58,637 nt of DNA from Octopus bimaculoides (Eukaryota), in the NCBI RefSeq assembly GCF_001194135.2, contig NC_068993.1, positions 2,953,400 to 3,012,036 of the forward strand, written 5' to 3'. Shown piece after piece: positions 26,772-38,950 of the stretch; within the stretch, counting starts at the first letter, position 1, and every line of letters starts with the position of its first letter. The position numbers were made by a program, and so were the translations under genes. The notes beneath the pieces were generated by a model, which worked only from the letters and a program-made list of their open reading frames with translations, did no database searches and was not told the DNA's origin.

Positions 26772-26935
26772 GGTGCAGACATGGCTGTGTGGTTAAAGTG
26801 TTGGCTTTGCAAAGACATTGTTTGGGTTCAGTCCCGCTGTGCAGTACCCTGGACAAGTGTCTTTTACTCTAGCTTCAGGCTGACCAAAGTGTTGTGGGAG
26901 AATATGGAAGATGGAAACTGTATGGAAGCTTGTTT
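26772..26935 (+). mobile_element. tRNA-derived SINE, 5' part
   Basis: tggctgtgtggttaaag...gggttcagtcccgctgtgcagtaccctggacaagtgtcttttactctagc...ggaaactg; related copies at about 18395, 24370, 41878, 44250 and 54590, and on the minus strand at about 5040, 8500, 34500 and 37800. Confidence 0.8.
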
Positions 26936-28160
26936 GGTATCTTCTTTCTAGCAAGACACCTATCTCTATTCTTCTGTTATATTCAACTTCTCACGGGGCA
27001 CACAACCACCTCCTTCACTTCCACTCCCAGATGAGAAGACTTTGTCTTGCAAGTTATTTGGTGACCCTGCTGGTGTGAGTGCCACATAAAAAGGGCTACT
27101 GCTGGTGCATCATAGCCATATCCTAAATAATGATGCAATGAGGTAGGAGAGATCTGTCACTTTATATTTAGCTTGAAATTGCCAAATAAGAAATACTGAC
27201 TGCCAATAATAAGAATCTTGTCAAGTTCTTTATCCTAAAATTTTAAAAATCAAATCAGAATAGTCATTGCTTTATTCTTTCCTTCTTCAGGTTGGTTTGT
27301 CTATTCTTTTTGTTTTTGTCTAATTTTATTTCTATTTCTTTACTAATTGACCTTTCTGGTTATAGAACTGAAATTTCCACACACACACACACAATGATGG
27401 CCTTGTGTGACACATGTTCAGGTGGCAACCTTCCTCTAAGTCCAAGATATTTTAGCCAAAAGACCATCTTCTGCTCTTTGACCCATAACTGGAGCCCATT
27501 GCAAGTATAATGACCTTGGAAAAGAGCTGACCACGAGTAGTGGTGACTAAGTCTTGAATTCCCGAGCTGCTGCCTTAAAAACAGAGACAATTTAATGTCT
27601 AGCCTGGCACAATTTTGTAAATTACAAAAAAGAAATATATTTTTTTCAGATCAGACAAAAAATATATGCCATAGTGCAATAATTGGATGGAAAATTAAAG
27701 CTAAAACTAATAAAAAGAAAATTTAAAAAATCCACAAAGGCATAAAACAAGGCCAAAATTAATTTGATTTCTTTTGGAAATTATGAGAAAGTAATGAAAT
27801 AAAGTTTTGCCTTGGTTTATGTTGGTGTTTTTTCCTGTCTAATAATTAATCTGTGTGACATATATTTTTGTCTGGTCTGAAAACAAATAAAAACAAAATT
27901 GAACAAAAACAAAAAGGATAGACAAACCAACCTGAAGAAGGAAAGAATAAAGCAACAACTATTGTAATTTTGATTTTAAAGATTTTAGGATAAANNNNNN
28001 NNNNNNNNNNNNNNNNNNNNNNNNNNNNNNNNNNNNNNNNNNNNNNNNNNNNNNNNNNNNNNNNNNNNNNNNNNNNNNNNNNNNNNNNNNNNNNNNNNNN
28101 NNNNNNNNNNNNNNNNNNNNNNNNNNNNNNTATACATACATACATACATACATACACACA

Positions 28161-28225
<65 letters not shown>

Positions 28226-28523
28226 ATACCTATATATATATATATAGGATATATGAGTATATGAGAGAGATGTATTTTTCGATGTTATTATTATTATTTT
28301 TTACTATTATCATTCAGGTCACTACCGGGAATTGAACTTAGAATCTTGGGGTGTGTAGCCTGCGTTCTTAACCACTATGCTTATACATCCGTCAAATGTA
28401 AATAATCTAAATAATGTATAACATTGGGAGTCATAAACGTATTTGCAAACACATGTGTGTGTATGTGAATTGCATATATGAAATCATATATATTGTATTT
28501 ATGACGTATACATGTATATATAC

Positions 28524-28574
<51 letters not shown>

Positions 28575-28578
28575 AAAG

Positions 28579-29021
28579 AGAGGCACCTAGCTCAGTGTTT
28601 AGAGCATCAGGCTGACAGTCATGAGGTTGTGAGTTCAATTCCTGGAATGAGCTGTGTGTTGTGTTCTTGAGCAGGACATTTTATTTCACGTTGCTCCAGT
28701 TTGCTCAACTGAAAAAATGAGTTGCGATGTCACTGATGCCAAGCTGTATCAGTCTTTGCTTTTTCCCTTGGGTAACATTGGTGGCATGGAGAGCGGGGCC
28801 TTTGCTAGTAGCTCATGACTGGCCCTCGTGCTGGTGGCACGTAAAAGCACCCAATACATTCTCGGAGTGGTTGGCGTTAGGAAGGGCATCCAGCTGTAGA
28901 AACTCTACCAGATCAGATTGGAGCCTGGTGCAGCCATCTGGTTCACCAGTCCTCAGTCAAATCGTCCAACCCATGCTAGCATGGAAAGCGGACGTTAAAC
29001 GATGATGATGATGATGATGAT

Positions 29022-29022
<1 letters not shown>
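28579..29022 (+). mobile_element. composite SINE: tRNA head, V-domain-like middle and RTE-type 3' tail with (GAT)n
   Basis: A-box tagctcagtgt, B-box gagttcaattcc, cacgttgctccagtttgctcaactg, then ggtggcacgtaaaagcaccc...gcatggaaagcggacgttaaacgatgatg. Confidence 0.85.
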
Positions 29023-29057
<35 letters not shown>

Positions 29058-29149
29058 TACATAAAGATGAAATAGGGGTATAAGTGCATCATGTGTTGTA
29101 TATATATATATATATATAAATATATAAGTGTATAGATATAGATATATAT

Positions 29150-29457
29150 GTATACCAGAGGCATGCAAAGTATGCGCTGCATGCTCTTTGATTTTTTATC
29201 CATATCGGAAAATTCGATAAAATATTCATTTTTTTCAAAGAAACTCCGTCCTGGTAGTTTGGAAATATTCTGCCTCCCCTTCCCCCTCTCTCACTGACTC
29301 GTTCGTCTGCTTTGAGAAGACAACGTGACACCCCCTCTCTGTCTCTTTGTTAGTGTAGAATTGTTGCTAACCTCGTTCCACTTTCTGACACGAACCAGGG
29401 AAATCCCATAATTCCTGAGTTAGCCAGATGAAATGTCGGAATAAACTGGCGGTGAGT
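29150..29457 (+). promoter_or_regulatory. putative promoter / first exon: CpG-retaining patch, kappaB-like GGGAAATCCC (29398-29407), ATG at 29428, donor GCG|gtgagt at 29451/29452
   Basis: locally many intact CpGs in non-repetitive sequence; exact match to GGGRNNYYCC; consensus donor in phase 0 after MKCRNKLA. Confidence 0.35.
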
Positions 29458-30449
29458 TTGAATTTTGTTTTATCCAAAACATCTGTTTGCACTATTATAT
29501 TTTTGGAGTATTTTGAAAACAAAAGATATTATCTATATTATATTTCTTANNNNNNNNNNNNNNNNNNNNNNNNNNNNNNNNNNNNNNNNNNNNNNNNNNN
29601 NNNNNNNNNNNNNNNNNNNNNNNNNNNNNNNNNNNNNNNNNNNNNNNNNNNNNNNNNNNNNNNNNNNNNNNNNNNNNNNNNNNNNNNNNNNNNNNNNNNN
29701 NNNNNNNNNNNNNNNNNNNNNNNNNNNNNNNNNNNNNNNNNNNNNNNNNNNNNNNNNNNNNNNNNNNNNNNNNNNNNNNNNNNNNNNNNNNNNNNNNNNN
29801 NNNNNNNNNNNNNNNNNNNNNNNNNNNNNNNNNNNNNNNNNNNNNNNNNNNNNNNNNNNNNNNNNNNNNNNNNNNNNNNNNNNNNNNNNNNNNNNNNNNN
29901 NNNNNNNNNNNNNNNNNNNNNNNNNNNNNNNNNNNNNNNNNNNNNNNNNNNNNNNNNNNNNNNNNNNNNNNNNNNNNNNNNNNNNNNNNNNNNNNNNNNN
30001 NNNNNNNNNNNNNNNNNNNNNNNNNNNNNNNNNNNNNNNNNNNNNNNNNNNNNNNNNNNNNNNNNNNNNNNNNNNNNNNNNNNNNNNNNNNNNNNNNNNN
30101 NNNNNNNNNNNNNNNNNNNNNNNNNNNNNNNNNNNNNNNNNNNNNNNNNNNNNNNNNNNNNNNNNNNNNNNNNNNNNNNNNNNNNNNNNNNNNNNNNNNN
30201 NNNNNNNNNNNNNNNNNNNNNNNNNNNNNNNNNNNNNNNNNNNNNNNNNNNNNNNNNNNNNNNNNNNNNNNNNNNNNNNNNNNNNNNNNNNNNNNNNNNN
30301 NNNNNNNNNNNNNNNNNNNNNNNNNNNNNNNNNNNNNNNNNNNNNNNNNNNNNNNNNNNNNNNNNNNNNNNNNNNNNNNNNNNNNNNNNNNNNNNNNNNN
30401 NNNNNNNNNNNNNNNNNNNNNNNNNNNNNNNNNNNNNNNNNNNNNNNNN

Positions 30450-30501
<52 letters not shown>

Positions 30502-31314
30502 GAAACAGAATGAAGTTTAATTCAATACATCTCACTTTGTACCTAAACATACTTCTACTTTTATTCCTAATTGTTCATCAAAGAAAACAAGCCATCTATT
30601 ATTCTGTAGAAACAGAACAGTACTTAGAACATTACGATATAAATGGTGAAGGGAGTTCTTTAATTCAAACTATGTCAGTGATAAAAGAGGTCTTCCAATG
30701 ATTTTTACCAAACATATTCATATCCTTTGAAACACTCCATAAAGGAACTTCCGATCATTAATATTTAAACATTGAAGCTTTAAACAGCGAATGATAGCTT
30801 TGTAAAAGTATGAATGGGAGAGTAATGTTGTGGCGAACGGGACAAAAAGAGAGGAAGAGAGGGAGAGCTAAAAAGAAAGGCAAAAGGGACACTGGTTTGT
30901 TGGGGGGGGGGGGTTGATGCAGTCATTAGAACAATAGATAAGACATAAGAGACGATTGCATGTAATGGAGACTTAAGTATGTCTTGATTTTCAGTGAAAT
31001 TTTCATTTTCTTTTTACAAAGATATTGTCATCACCATCTTTGACTTTGTCATCATTACCATTGTCCTTTGCATCGTCATCACTATCATTTTTATCTATTT
31101 TACATTTATATTTTACATTGGTCTATCCATCTGTATGTCTCTCTCTCTCTCTCTGTCCTTGTGTCAGTCTGTATATCTATCTATCTATCTATCAATGTAT
31201 CTTTCTCTCTCTTTTTCTCTGTACACACACACACACACACACACATACACACACATATATCTGTTGAGTGGTTGGTGTTAGGAAGGGCATCTAGCTGTAA
31301 AAATCCTACCAAAG

Positions 31315-31450
31315 CAGTTGACTCAAGCAGTTTTGCTTCTGTGAATCCTCAACATGTCCTTCCCGACATAACCTTCGCCGCCACTGATATCCTAGCAGCA
31401 ATAAAAGAAATCAAGCCTGATTCAGCAGAAGGTCTGGACAGGTTCCCAGC
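31315..31450 (+). pseudogene. CR1/Jockey-group LINE ORF2 fragment (region upstream of the RT domain)
   Basis: LPDITFAATDILAAIKEIKPDSAEGLDRFPA resembles the I-F...I..AI..LK..SAPGPDG.PA motif preceding LINE RT domains. Confidence 0.7.
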
Positions 31451-33410
31451 TAGAGTGACGCAACACCAACAAAGTCATTACATGGTTTAAGGCCAACAGC
31501 GGTAAGAGTAGAGCTAGGTTTAACCAATTTGGTATACTGGACTTCTACCCATCTATATCAAGGGAAATATTAAAAAAAAAAAGCAATAATATACATTTTG
31601 GATAAGATACCCACTCTAGACAGATATACGTGTGCTTCTTTTTCCCTGACTTATGGTCTCTTAGACGACTTACACACGTATATATATATATACACACACA
31701 AACACACATATATAATTATATATATAAATATATATATATATATGATATGTATTCACATCTTTATATTTGGTATGTAACACAAGTTTCTTAACATCTGAAA
31801 GTAAACTTCATATTACAGATCAAATGAGTACGTTCGTAAATCTCAGTGCAGTCTTTCACCTAAAAGGAAAATACACCAAAACAGAAAGAAGGTTGAAGTC
31901 TTTAGTCTCTGGAGATGCTTAGTGTTAAAAAGTGTAATAAAATTTGAGAACAAACTGCTAACGTATTCAAGTGTGAAACCAATAAACAAATATATAAATA
32001 CAATGACTGAAATGTACTTAACAAGAATCTTAAACAAGATCTACAGGGTCTGGAAAAATCAATGAAAGAATTTTAATATGTTAAAAGCGATAGGACTAAT
32101 CTTTTTGTTTGTGGAAACTAAAATGAAGACGTTGCAAGAATCAACAATACTCTCTATGCAATGGTGAACTCATTAAAAAATTAAGATCAAGTTAATTATC
32201 ACTGCAAATGCACTAATAGGCTGTGTTACTTTCTAATACATAAAAAAAGAGTTAGTGCTTGTATGGCACCCTAAAGAATTATGTTCACAATAATCTCCGT
32301 CAAGATATAATCTCCTCAACAAATTCAAAGAGTTGTTAAAGATAAAATCAGAGAAACATAGACGTCACATGGATTTAATATGCAGTGAAATTTTACAACA
32401 GGTGAAGTCACAAGTGTGTTTAAAATACATTGTTGGCAATCAGTTAATTTCAGGTAACTTTGTGCCCATCAGAGGCAGCCAATATGAAATGAAATATGGC
32501 GACTGTACACTTCAGAAAATATACCCACTCTATTGCCAAATATACAAGTGCATTTTTTCCTTGACTTATTGTCTCTTAGACAACTTACATACGTACATTT
32601 ATATATATATATAAATATATANNNNNNNNNNNNNNNNNNNNNNNNNNNNNNNNNNNNNNNNNNNNNNNNNNNNNNNNNNNNNNNNNNNNNNNNNNNNNNN
32701 NNNNNNNNNNNNNNNNNNNNNNNNNNNNNNNNNNNNNNNNNNNNNNNNNNNNNNNNNNNNNNNNNNNNNNNNNNNNNNNNNNNNNNNNNNNNNNNNNNNN
32801 NNNNNNNNNNNNNNNNNNNNNNNNNNNNNNNNNNNNNNNNNNNNNNNNNNNNNNNNNNNNNNNNNNNNNNNNNNNNNNNNNNNNNNNNNNNNNNNNNNNN
32901 NNNNNNNNNNNNNNNNNNNNNNNNNNNNNNNNNNNNNNNNNNNNNNNNNNNNNNNNNNNNNNNNNNNNNNNNNNNNNNNNNNNNNNNNNNNNNNNNNNNN
33001 NNNNNNNNNNNNNNNNNNNNNNNNNNNNNNNNNNNNNNNNNNNNNNNNNNNNNNNNNNNNNNNNNNNNNNNNNNNNNNNNNNNNNNNNNNNNNNNNNNNN
33101 NNNNNNNNNNNNNNNNNNNNNNNNNNNNNNNNNNNNNNNNNNNNNNNNNNNNNNNNNNNNNNNNNNNNNNNNNNNNNNNNNNNNNNNNNNNNNNNNNNNN
33201 NNNNNNNNNNNNNNNNNNNNNNNNNNNNNNNNNNNNNNNNNNNNNNNNNNNNNNNNNNNNNNNNNNNNNNNNNNNNNNNNNNNNNNNNNNNNNNNNNNNN
33301 NNNNNNNNNNNNNNNNNNNNNNNNNNNNNNNNNNNNNNNNNNNNNNNNNNNNNNNNNNNNNNNNNNNNNNNNNNNNNNNNNNNNNNNNNNNNNNNNNNNN
33401 NNNNNNNNNN

Positions 33411-33672
33411 AGTGGATTTGGTGGATGGAGACTGAAAAAAGCCCGTCGTATATGTGTATATGTATATGTGTTTGTGTGTCTGTGTTTGTCCCCCCAGCGT
33501 CGCTTGACAACCGATGCTGGTGTGTTTGCGTCCCCGTAACTTAGCGGTTCGCCAGGGGAGACCGATAGAATAGGTGCTGGGCTTACAAAGAATAAGTCCT
33601 GGGGTTGATTTGCTTGACTAAAGGCGGTGCTCCAGCATGGCTGCAGTCAACTGACTGAAACCAGTAAAAGAG
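33411..33672 (+). mobile_element. well-preserved SINE with an internal microsatellite (5' end in gap)
   Basis: agtggatttggtggatggagactgaaaaaagcccgtcg (TA/TG)n gtttgtcccccc...ggcggtgctccagcatggctgcagtcaactgactgaaaccagtaaaagag. Confidence 0.9.
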
Positions 33673-34714
33673 TATATACAAATACAATATATGTATATTA
33701 TATATACATGCATGTGTGCATACATGTATTCATATCTATATATGTAATATATCTATGTATGGTATATGCATATAAATATACATGCACACACACACCCACA
33801 CACCTACAGCGCTCCTTTTACATTTGAATGAACATGTATGCATAATGAGAGCCATGAAATTAATATTCATATTTATAATTCATGATATTGCTATATATGA
33901 ATAACTCCATCGATAAATGCAGCACCGCATACAAGTGCATATGTAGTGTTTAGGGTTTGAAAGAAATGTATGAATATGCAGAATGTCTTGTAAAAATCCT
34001 CAAGCTAACAAATAATGCATGTATAATGGATTGCCAAAGTCGTTTTTACCGTTGGCAAGTTTGATGTTATTTATAGGAGAAAATAGATACAGGCTAATTT
34101 CATCAATAGCATCGTCATCATCGTCGTTGTATTCATCATCATCGTCATCATCAGCATCATCTCCATACTCCCTTAGTTCTCATCGTCAGCCTTGCCTTCA
34201 TAACCACCTCCAACATCATCAGTGATGTCGTCATCATCATCATCATCATCCTTACCACCACTGCCCCATCACTGCCATCGTCATCATCATTGTCATCACC
34301 ACCAACATTATCAGCTAGTAGTTGCTGAATGTTACATACAGTATACATGATAACATCTGGTAGCAGCTAACAGAAGAAGAGCTTTGGAAAGCAAGCTACA
34401 AGGTTATTACCCAAATAATATTAAACTCTGTGTGTGTGAGTAAATATATGTATGTATACATCGTGGGTTCCTGTGTTGTTTCATCCACCGATTTCCAACT
34501 CATGGCATTAGTTAGCTTAGGTCTATGCAGAAGAGGTACAATCTATAAGTACCATGCAGTAGAACAAAACCTCATATCATATGGCTTCAAAACAAACTTG
34601 TTGACAGCATAGGCAAGTGGATACGTGTCTCAATGACCTGTTCAATCTGTTCTTCAATATGTACATATGTATGCCATATATGTGTTTGTGAGCGTGAATA
34701 CTCATGTGTGTGTG

Positions 34715-34762
<48 letters not shown>

Positions 34763-34859
34763 GATATATTTAGATGTAAATATATATATATATATACAAA
34801 CTGTGTGTATATATAAATGTATGTATGTATATATATATATATATATATATATGCATAAA

Positions 34860-35117
34860 AGCATGTAAAAAGCACCATCTGAACGTGGCTAATGCCAGTG
34901 CCGTGTGACAGGCTCCTGTGCTGGTGGTATATAAAAAGCACCCACTAAATTCCCGGAGTGGTTAGTGTTAGGAAGGGTATCCAACTGTAGAAACCCTGAC
35001 AGATCAGAATGGAGCCTGATGTAGCCTCCTGGCTTGCCAGTCCTCAGTTAAACAGTCCAACCCATGCTAGCATGGAAAACGAATGTTAACGATGATGGTG
35101 ATGATGATGATGATGAT

Positions 35118-35120
<3 letters not shown>
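34860..35120 (+). mobile_element. retroposon 3' tail (RTE 3' UTR family)
   Basis: gtaaaaagcaccatctgaacgtggc...gtgttaggaagggtatccaactgtagaaaccctg...gtccaacccatgctagcatggaaaacgaatgttaacgatgatg. Confidence 0.85.
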
Positions 35121-35183
<63 letters not shown>

Positions 35184-35928
35184 TACATATAGATATTTAC
35201 ATACATATACATATATATATATATATGTGTGTACACATATAGGCCATCTAGCTAATGATATACTTGCCATTTTAAATATGTTTACCCACAATGCATCTGT
35301 AAGTATTAAAATGGAGGAGGTCTCAGCTGCAAGCCTTATTTTTCCCATCATTCACACATTCACACTCTGAATATTTCATGTCTACTTTTATGATTTTGCC
35401 TCCTCACAAGAATATTTCACTGTTGTTGATTTATTCTAGAACGTTTCCTCCATTTCCGTACCATTCCTTCATATATTTTATCTCAAAGATTAGGAACAAC
35501 AGATAAAGTCAGGATAATCGCTTTAAAAATATTTGCTACATTTTCTAAACACTAAATCACTTCCATCTTTATATGTGACAAAAGCAATGGGGAATATGTG
35601 ATAAAATTTATACAAAAAAAAAAGAAAAGAAAAAAGAACAAATGCATATCTTTTATAGTTTTGGTATTTAAACATCACTATGTATTACACAGTTCTTCAT
35701 AAGAAGTAAAAACAAAGCAAAAAATAAACTAACCAACTAGTTTTGCATTGATTAGCATCAGTAGCTCTTTGTGAAATTTCCATGTGATATAATCATTTCA
35801 TTCCATGTGATATCATCACCTCATCACAAGAAAACAGAAGACTTTACTCATTGGTGATGCAGTAAAAATATCTTGGAAAACCATTCTAACAATATGATAA
35901 TAATAATATCATCATCATTATCATCATC

Positions 35929-36645
35929 AAGGTGGTAAGGTGGCAGAATCGTTAGCACACTAGATGAAACGCTTAGCGGTATTTCGCCCGTCGCTGAATT
36001 CAGAGTTCAAATTCCACTGAGATCGACCTTGCTTTTCATCTATTCAGGGTCGATAAATTAACTACCAATTGCATACTTGGGTCGATCTTATCGACAGGCC
36101 TTATGTCTATAGAGGAATGGATTATTATTATCATTATTATTAAGGTGGTGAGCTGGCAGAATCGTTAGCACACTGGACAAACTGCTTAGCGATATTCTGC
36201 CCATCGCTGTTCTCAGTTCAAATTCCACCGAGGTCGACTTTGCTTTTCATTCTTTTGGGGTTGATAAATTAAGTATCAGTGAAACATTGGGGTCGATGTA
36301 ATTGACTAGTCCCCTCTCCCCACAAAATTTCAGACCTTGTGCCTTCAGAAGAAAGGACTATTATGATTATTATCACCATTATCATTATTATTATTATCAT
36401 CATCATCATCATCATTATTTCTACTAAGGTGGTATGCTGGCAGAATTTTTAGAATACTGAGCAAAATGCTCTGCCACTTTTTGTCGATTTTACATTCTAT
36501 GTTGAAATTCCATTGAGATTGATTTTGCCTTTCATCCTCTTGGGGGTCAATAAAATAAGTACCAGTTGAGTAATGGGTTCAATGTAATTGGCTGGTGCCC
36601 CTTCCCCTGAAACTGCAGGCCTCGTGCCAAAATCTGAAACCAATA
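35929..36645 (+). mobile_element. three head-to-tail SINE copies separated by (ATT/ATC)n tails
   Basis: copies start aaggtggt...tggcagaat at 35929, 36142 and 36426; each has gagttcaaattcc and gcttttcatc...gggtcgataaattaagtaccag-like blocks. Confidence 0.9.
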
Positions 36646-38176
36646 TTTTTTACTTTTAATCTGCATGTTTGATGCAATCCCTTGCTGGGACACAGCCAGC
36701 ACCCTAGGGTAAGCGAGGTTTAAAAGATGTTGAAATATAACTGAAAGCTTGTTGAGGGGAAGTAGTGAGGGCAAAATGGGTATTTCACTGTCCAACCTTT
36801 TAGCTATTTTCTTATCTTTATATATTATTTATATTCATATATAATGTAATCTTATGTCAAGTATTTTTCAGAAGAAATTTTCAAGGCATTTTAAAATCAC
36901 ATCAGTCATTATTCCTTGTTTTCTTTTATCTTCAGCAAACTTTTTCCTCACAATATATTTAACCTGCAACGTTTTTGAAATTTATCTCAATTCACACAAC
37001 TTGGCCGTCCTCATCTCTCTCTCTCTCTCTATCAATCTAACCATCTAAACCCCTTTATCACTGACATTAATTGTAAGCATTAAAGACATTTGCAGCAACT
37101 AAGAACCTGTCTCATTCTACAGTTTATTGAACATAATTACATATTCAATCTTTTTACCAAAAATGAAGAATCAACAACAAAACTAAATAAATAAATAAAA
37201 TTCCTAGCAAAACAATGGACTACATTTCTTGGAATCTTTTTCTCTTTTTTGTAAATAAATTTATCTTTCTTTTGTTTTCGCAGTTTCTTTTTGTTTTTGT
37301 TCTAAATCAAAACATTTGAGTAGATTAGCTTTGATACAATCTATAATTAAAGATACAAACAATACAGAATTAATTACGAAGTAGAGAGGGAATGTGTCAA
37401 AAATTAACATTAGTAAAAATTTAGAAATATTTCCATCTCAAATTACAACAAAATGGAAGAATTTGATTGCCAAGACTGCAGTTAACATCCCAGACAATGG
37501 ACATATGGATAAGGTTATTTTATTTTTTAGTTTGACTGAAATAAGCTTTGGTATCATGTTTAGTTTTTCAGATTTTTATTTTATGGTTCTTGTCTCAAAG
37601 AAAGGACTGTACACCTGGCCTTCACAGTGTCCTCCATTAAGTCTGGTAAATTTGATATTGTTGATGTTCATTTTATACAGGTGTACCTTCTACCTCTCAG
37701 AAAAGTGACATTTAAAATAACAACCAGTGAAGTTTACAAATTTACCAATTTTCCACAATGCAATTTCACTTGCAAAATCTTAGGCTACAGAAAATAACAT
37801 TTGCTCAAAATGCCACACAGTAGAATTGAACTCAGGACCTTATGTTTGTGAGGCAAACTTTTTCCCTATTCAGCCATATTTCCACCACTGAGTCACAGAA
37901 ATTAGGTCTTTCATACCCAGGAGAGAAAGTTTGTATATTAGCTTGCTCTATTTTCTTTTATAGCTCACTCGCTTACTACAACTTAAATAATGGATGACTT
38001 AACTGTTTCTTAAAAACAAAATTATGTTTTTGTTCAGACGTTAATTATTGCATTTTTTTCAGTTCTTCATTTAATTAAGACCATTTTGGTTCAAATAAAT
38101 GTAGAGCATTGCCAGAAGAGAAAACAATTTCAAAGAATTGTAATTATTAATTGTGATAAAGAATTCTCTCAATGAT

Positions 38177-38517
38177 TCAATGCCACCGAGTTTGAAGAAC
38201 AGTAAAATTAATTAAGACAGTGCAAGTCACATCATCTTCAGCAACCACCAAGTTTTGGTATGTATGTAGGTCTATTCTGTTAGAGAAGTGGGGTTTTTCA
38301 TCTAAATGTGTATGGAGAGAAAGATCTTCCCTAAGTGTATTTGAGGACTCTTCTACAAGTAAGCATGAAAGAGGTGGAGCTTTCTCTGTGAGTGTGAGAG
38401 GTGGGTGAGGGACTTTTCTAAATGTAGAGACATGATTTCTTGAGCATATGGAGGAGGGGTCTTCAATTAGTGGGGCTCTCACACAAGTGTGAGTGGGAGT
38501 ATCTTCCCTGGGCTCTC
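38177..38517 (-). other. GC-richer open frame of more than 100 codons with degenerate internal repeats; candidate exon or captured sequence
   Basis: EPREDTPTHTCVRAPLIEDPSS...LREDLSLHTHLDEKPHFSN...TRWH*; possible ctgcag acceptor with a poor pyrimidine tract. Confidence 0.3.
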
Positions 38518-38717
38518 TGCAGATATTTTTTTCATTTTATCAACACAGTCTCTTATCGGTTTTGACGTTGCAGACAGTTTGTGATCGCCTATGACCACTT
38601 ACCATTACTCCAACTAGAAAATGGATGAGAAATCATCCATCTCCTGGCTATGTTAGCAATTTAAGATTATTAATGTTCTTCATGATGTCATGTTAGTAAT
38701 CAATTATCAATGTAGAC

Positions 38718-38950
38718 CTGTGGTTCCCAACTAGGGTCCACATGACCTTTGGGGGTCTGTGTAAGATTTTATTGTAAATGTTTATGAGCAATAAACTGCT
38801 TATATCTCTACACAAAATATTTAAAAGCTTTTTTATACAGTTCCTCATAATATTTACTTATAGGAACATAGCAGGATTTTTTAAACATCAAATGACTATG
38901 AGAGCAAAATAGGAATCAAAGGGGTCCATGGGTAAAAAATGGTTGAGAGC
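38718..38950 (+). mobile_element. hAT (Charlie/Buster-type) MITE remnant
   Basis: ctgtggttcccaactagggtcc start and ggggtccatgggtaaaaaatggttgagagc end; the left flank atgtagac fits nnnTAnnn, but no matching right TSD was found. Confidence 0.6.

Noticed and set aside
28310-28385. tRNA-like sequence on the minus strand (also about 52830-52905 and the SINE heads)
   Set aside because: No complete cloverleaf; these are decayed SINE heads, not tRNA genes.
31818-31920. FVNLSAVFHLKGKY resembling a TPR motif
   Set aside because: A single short similarity ending in a stop, with no adjacent repeats.
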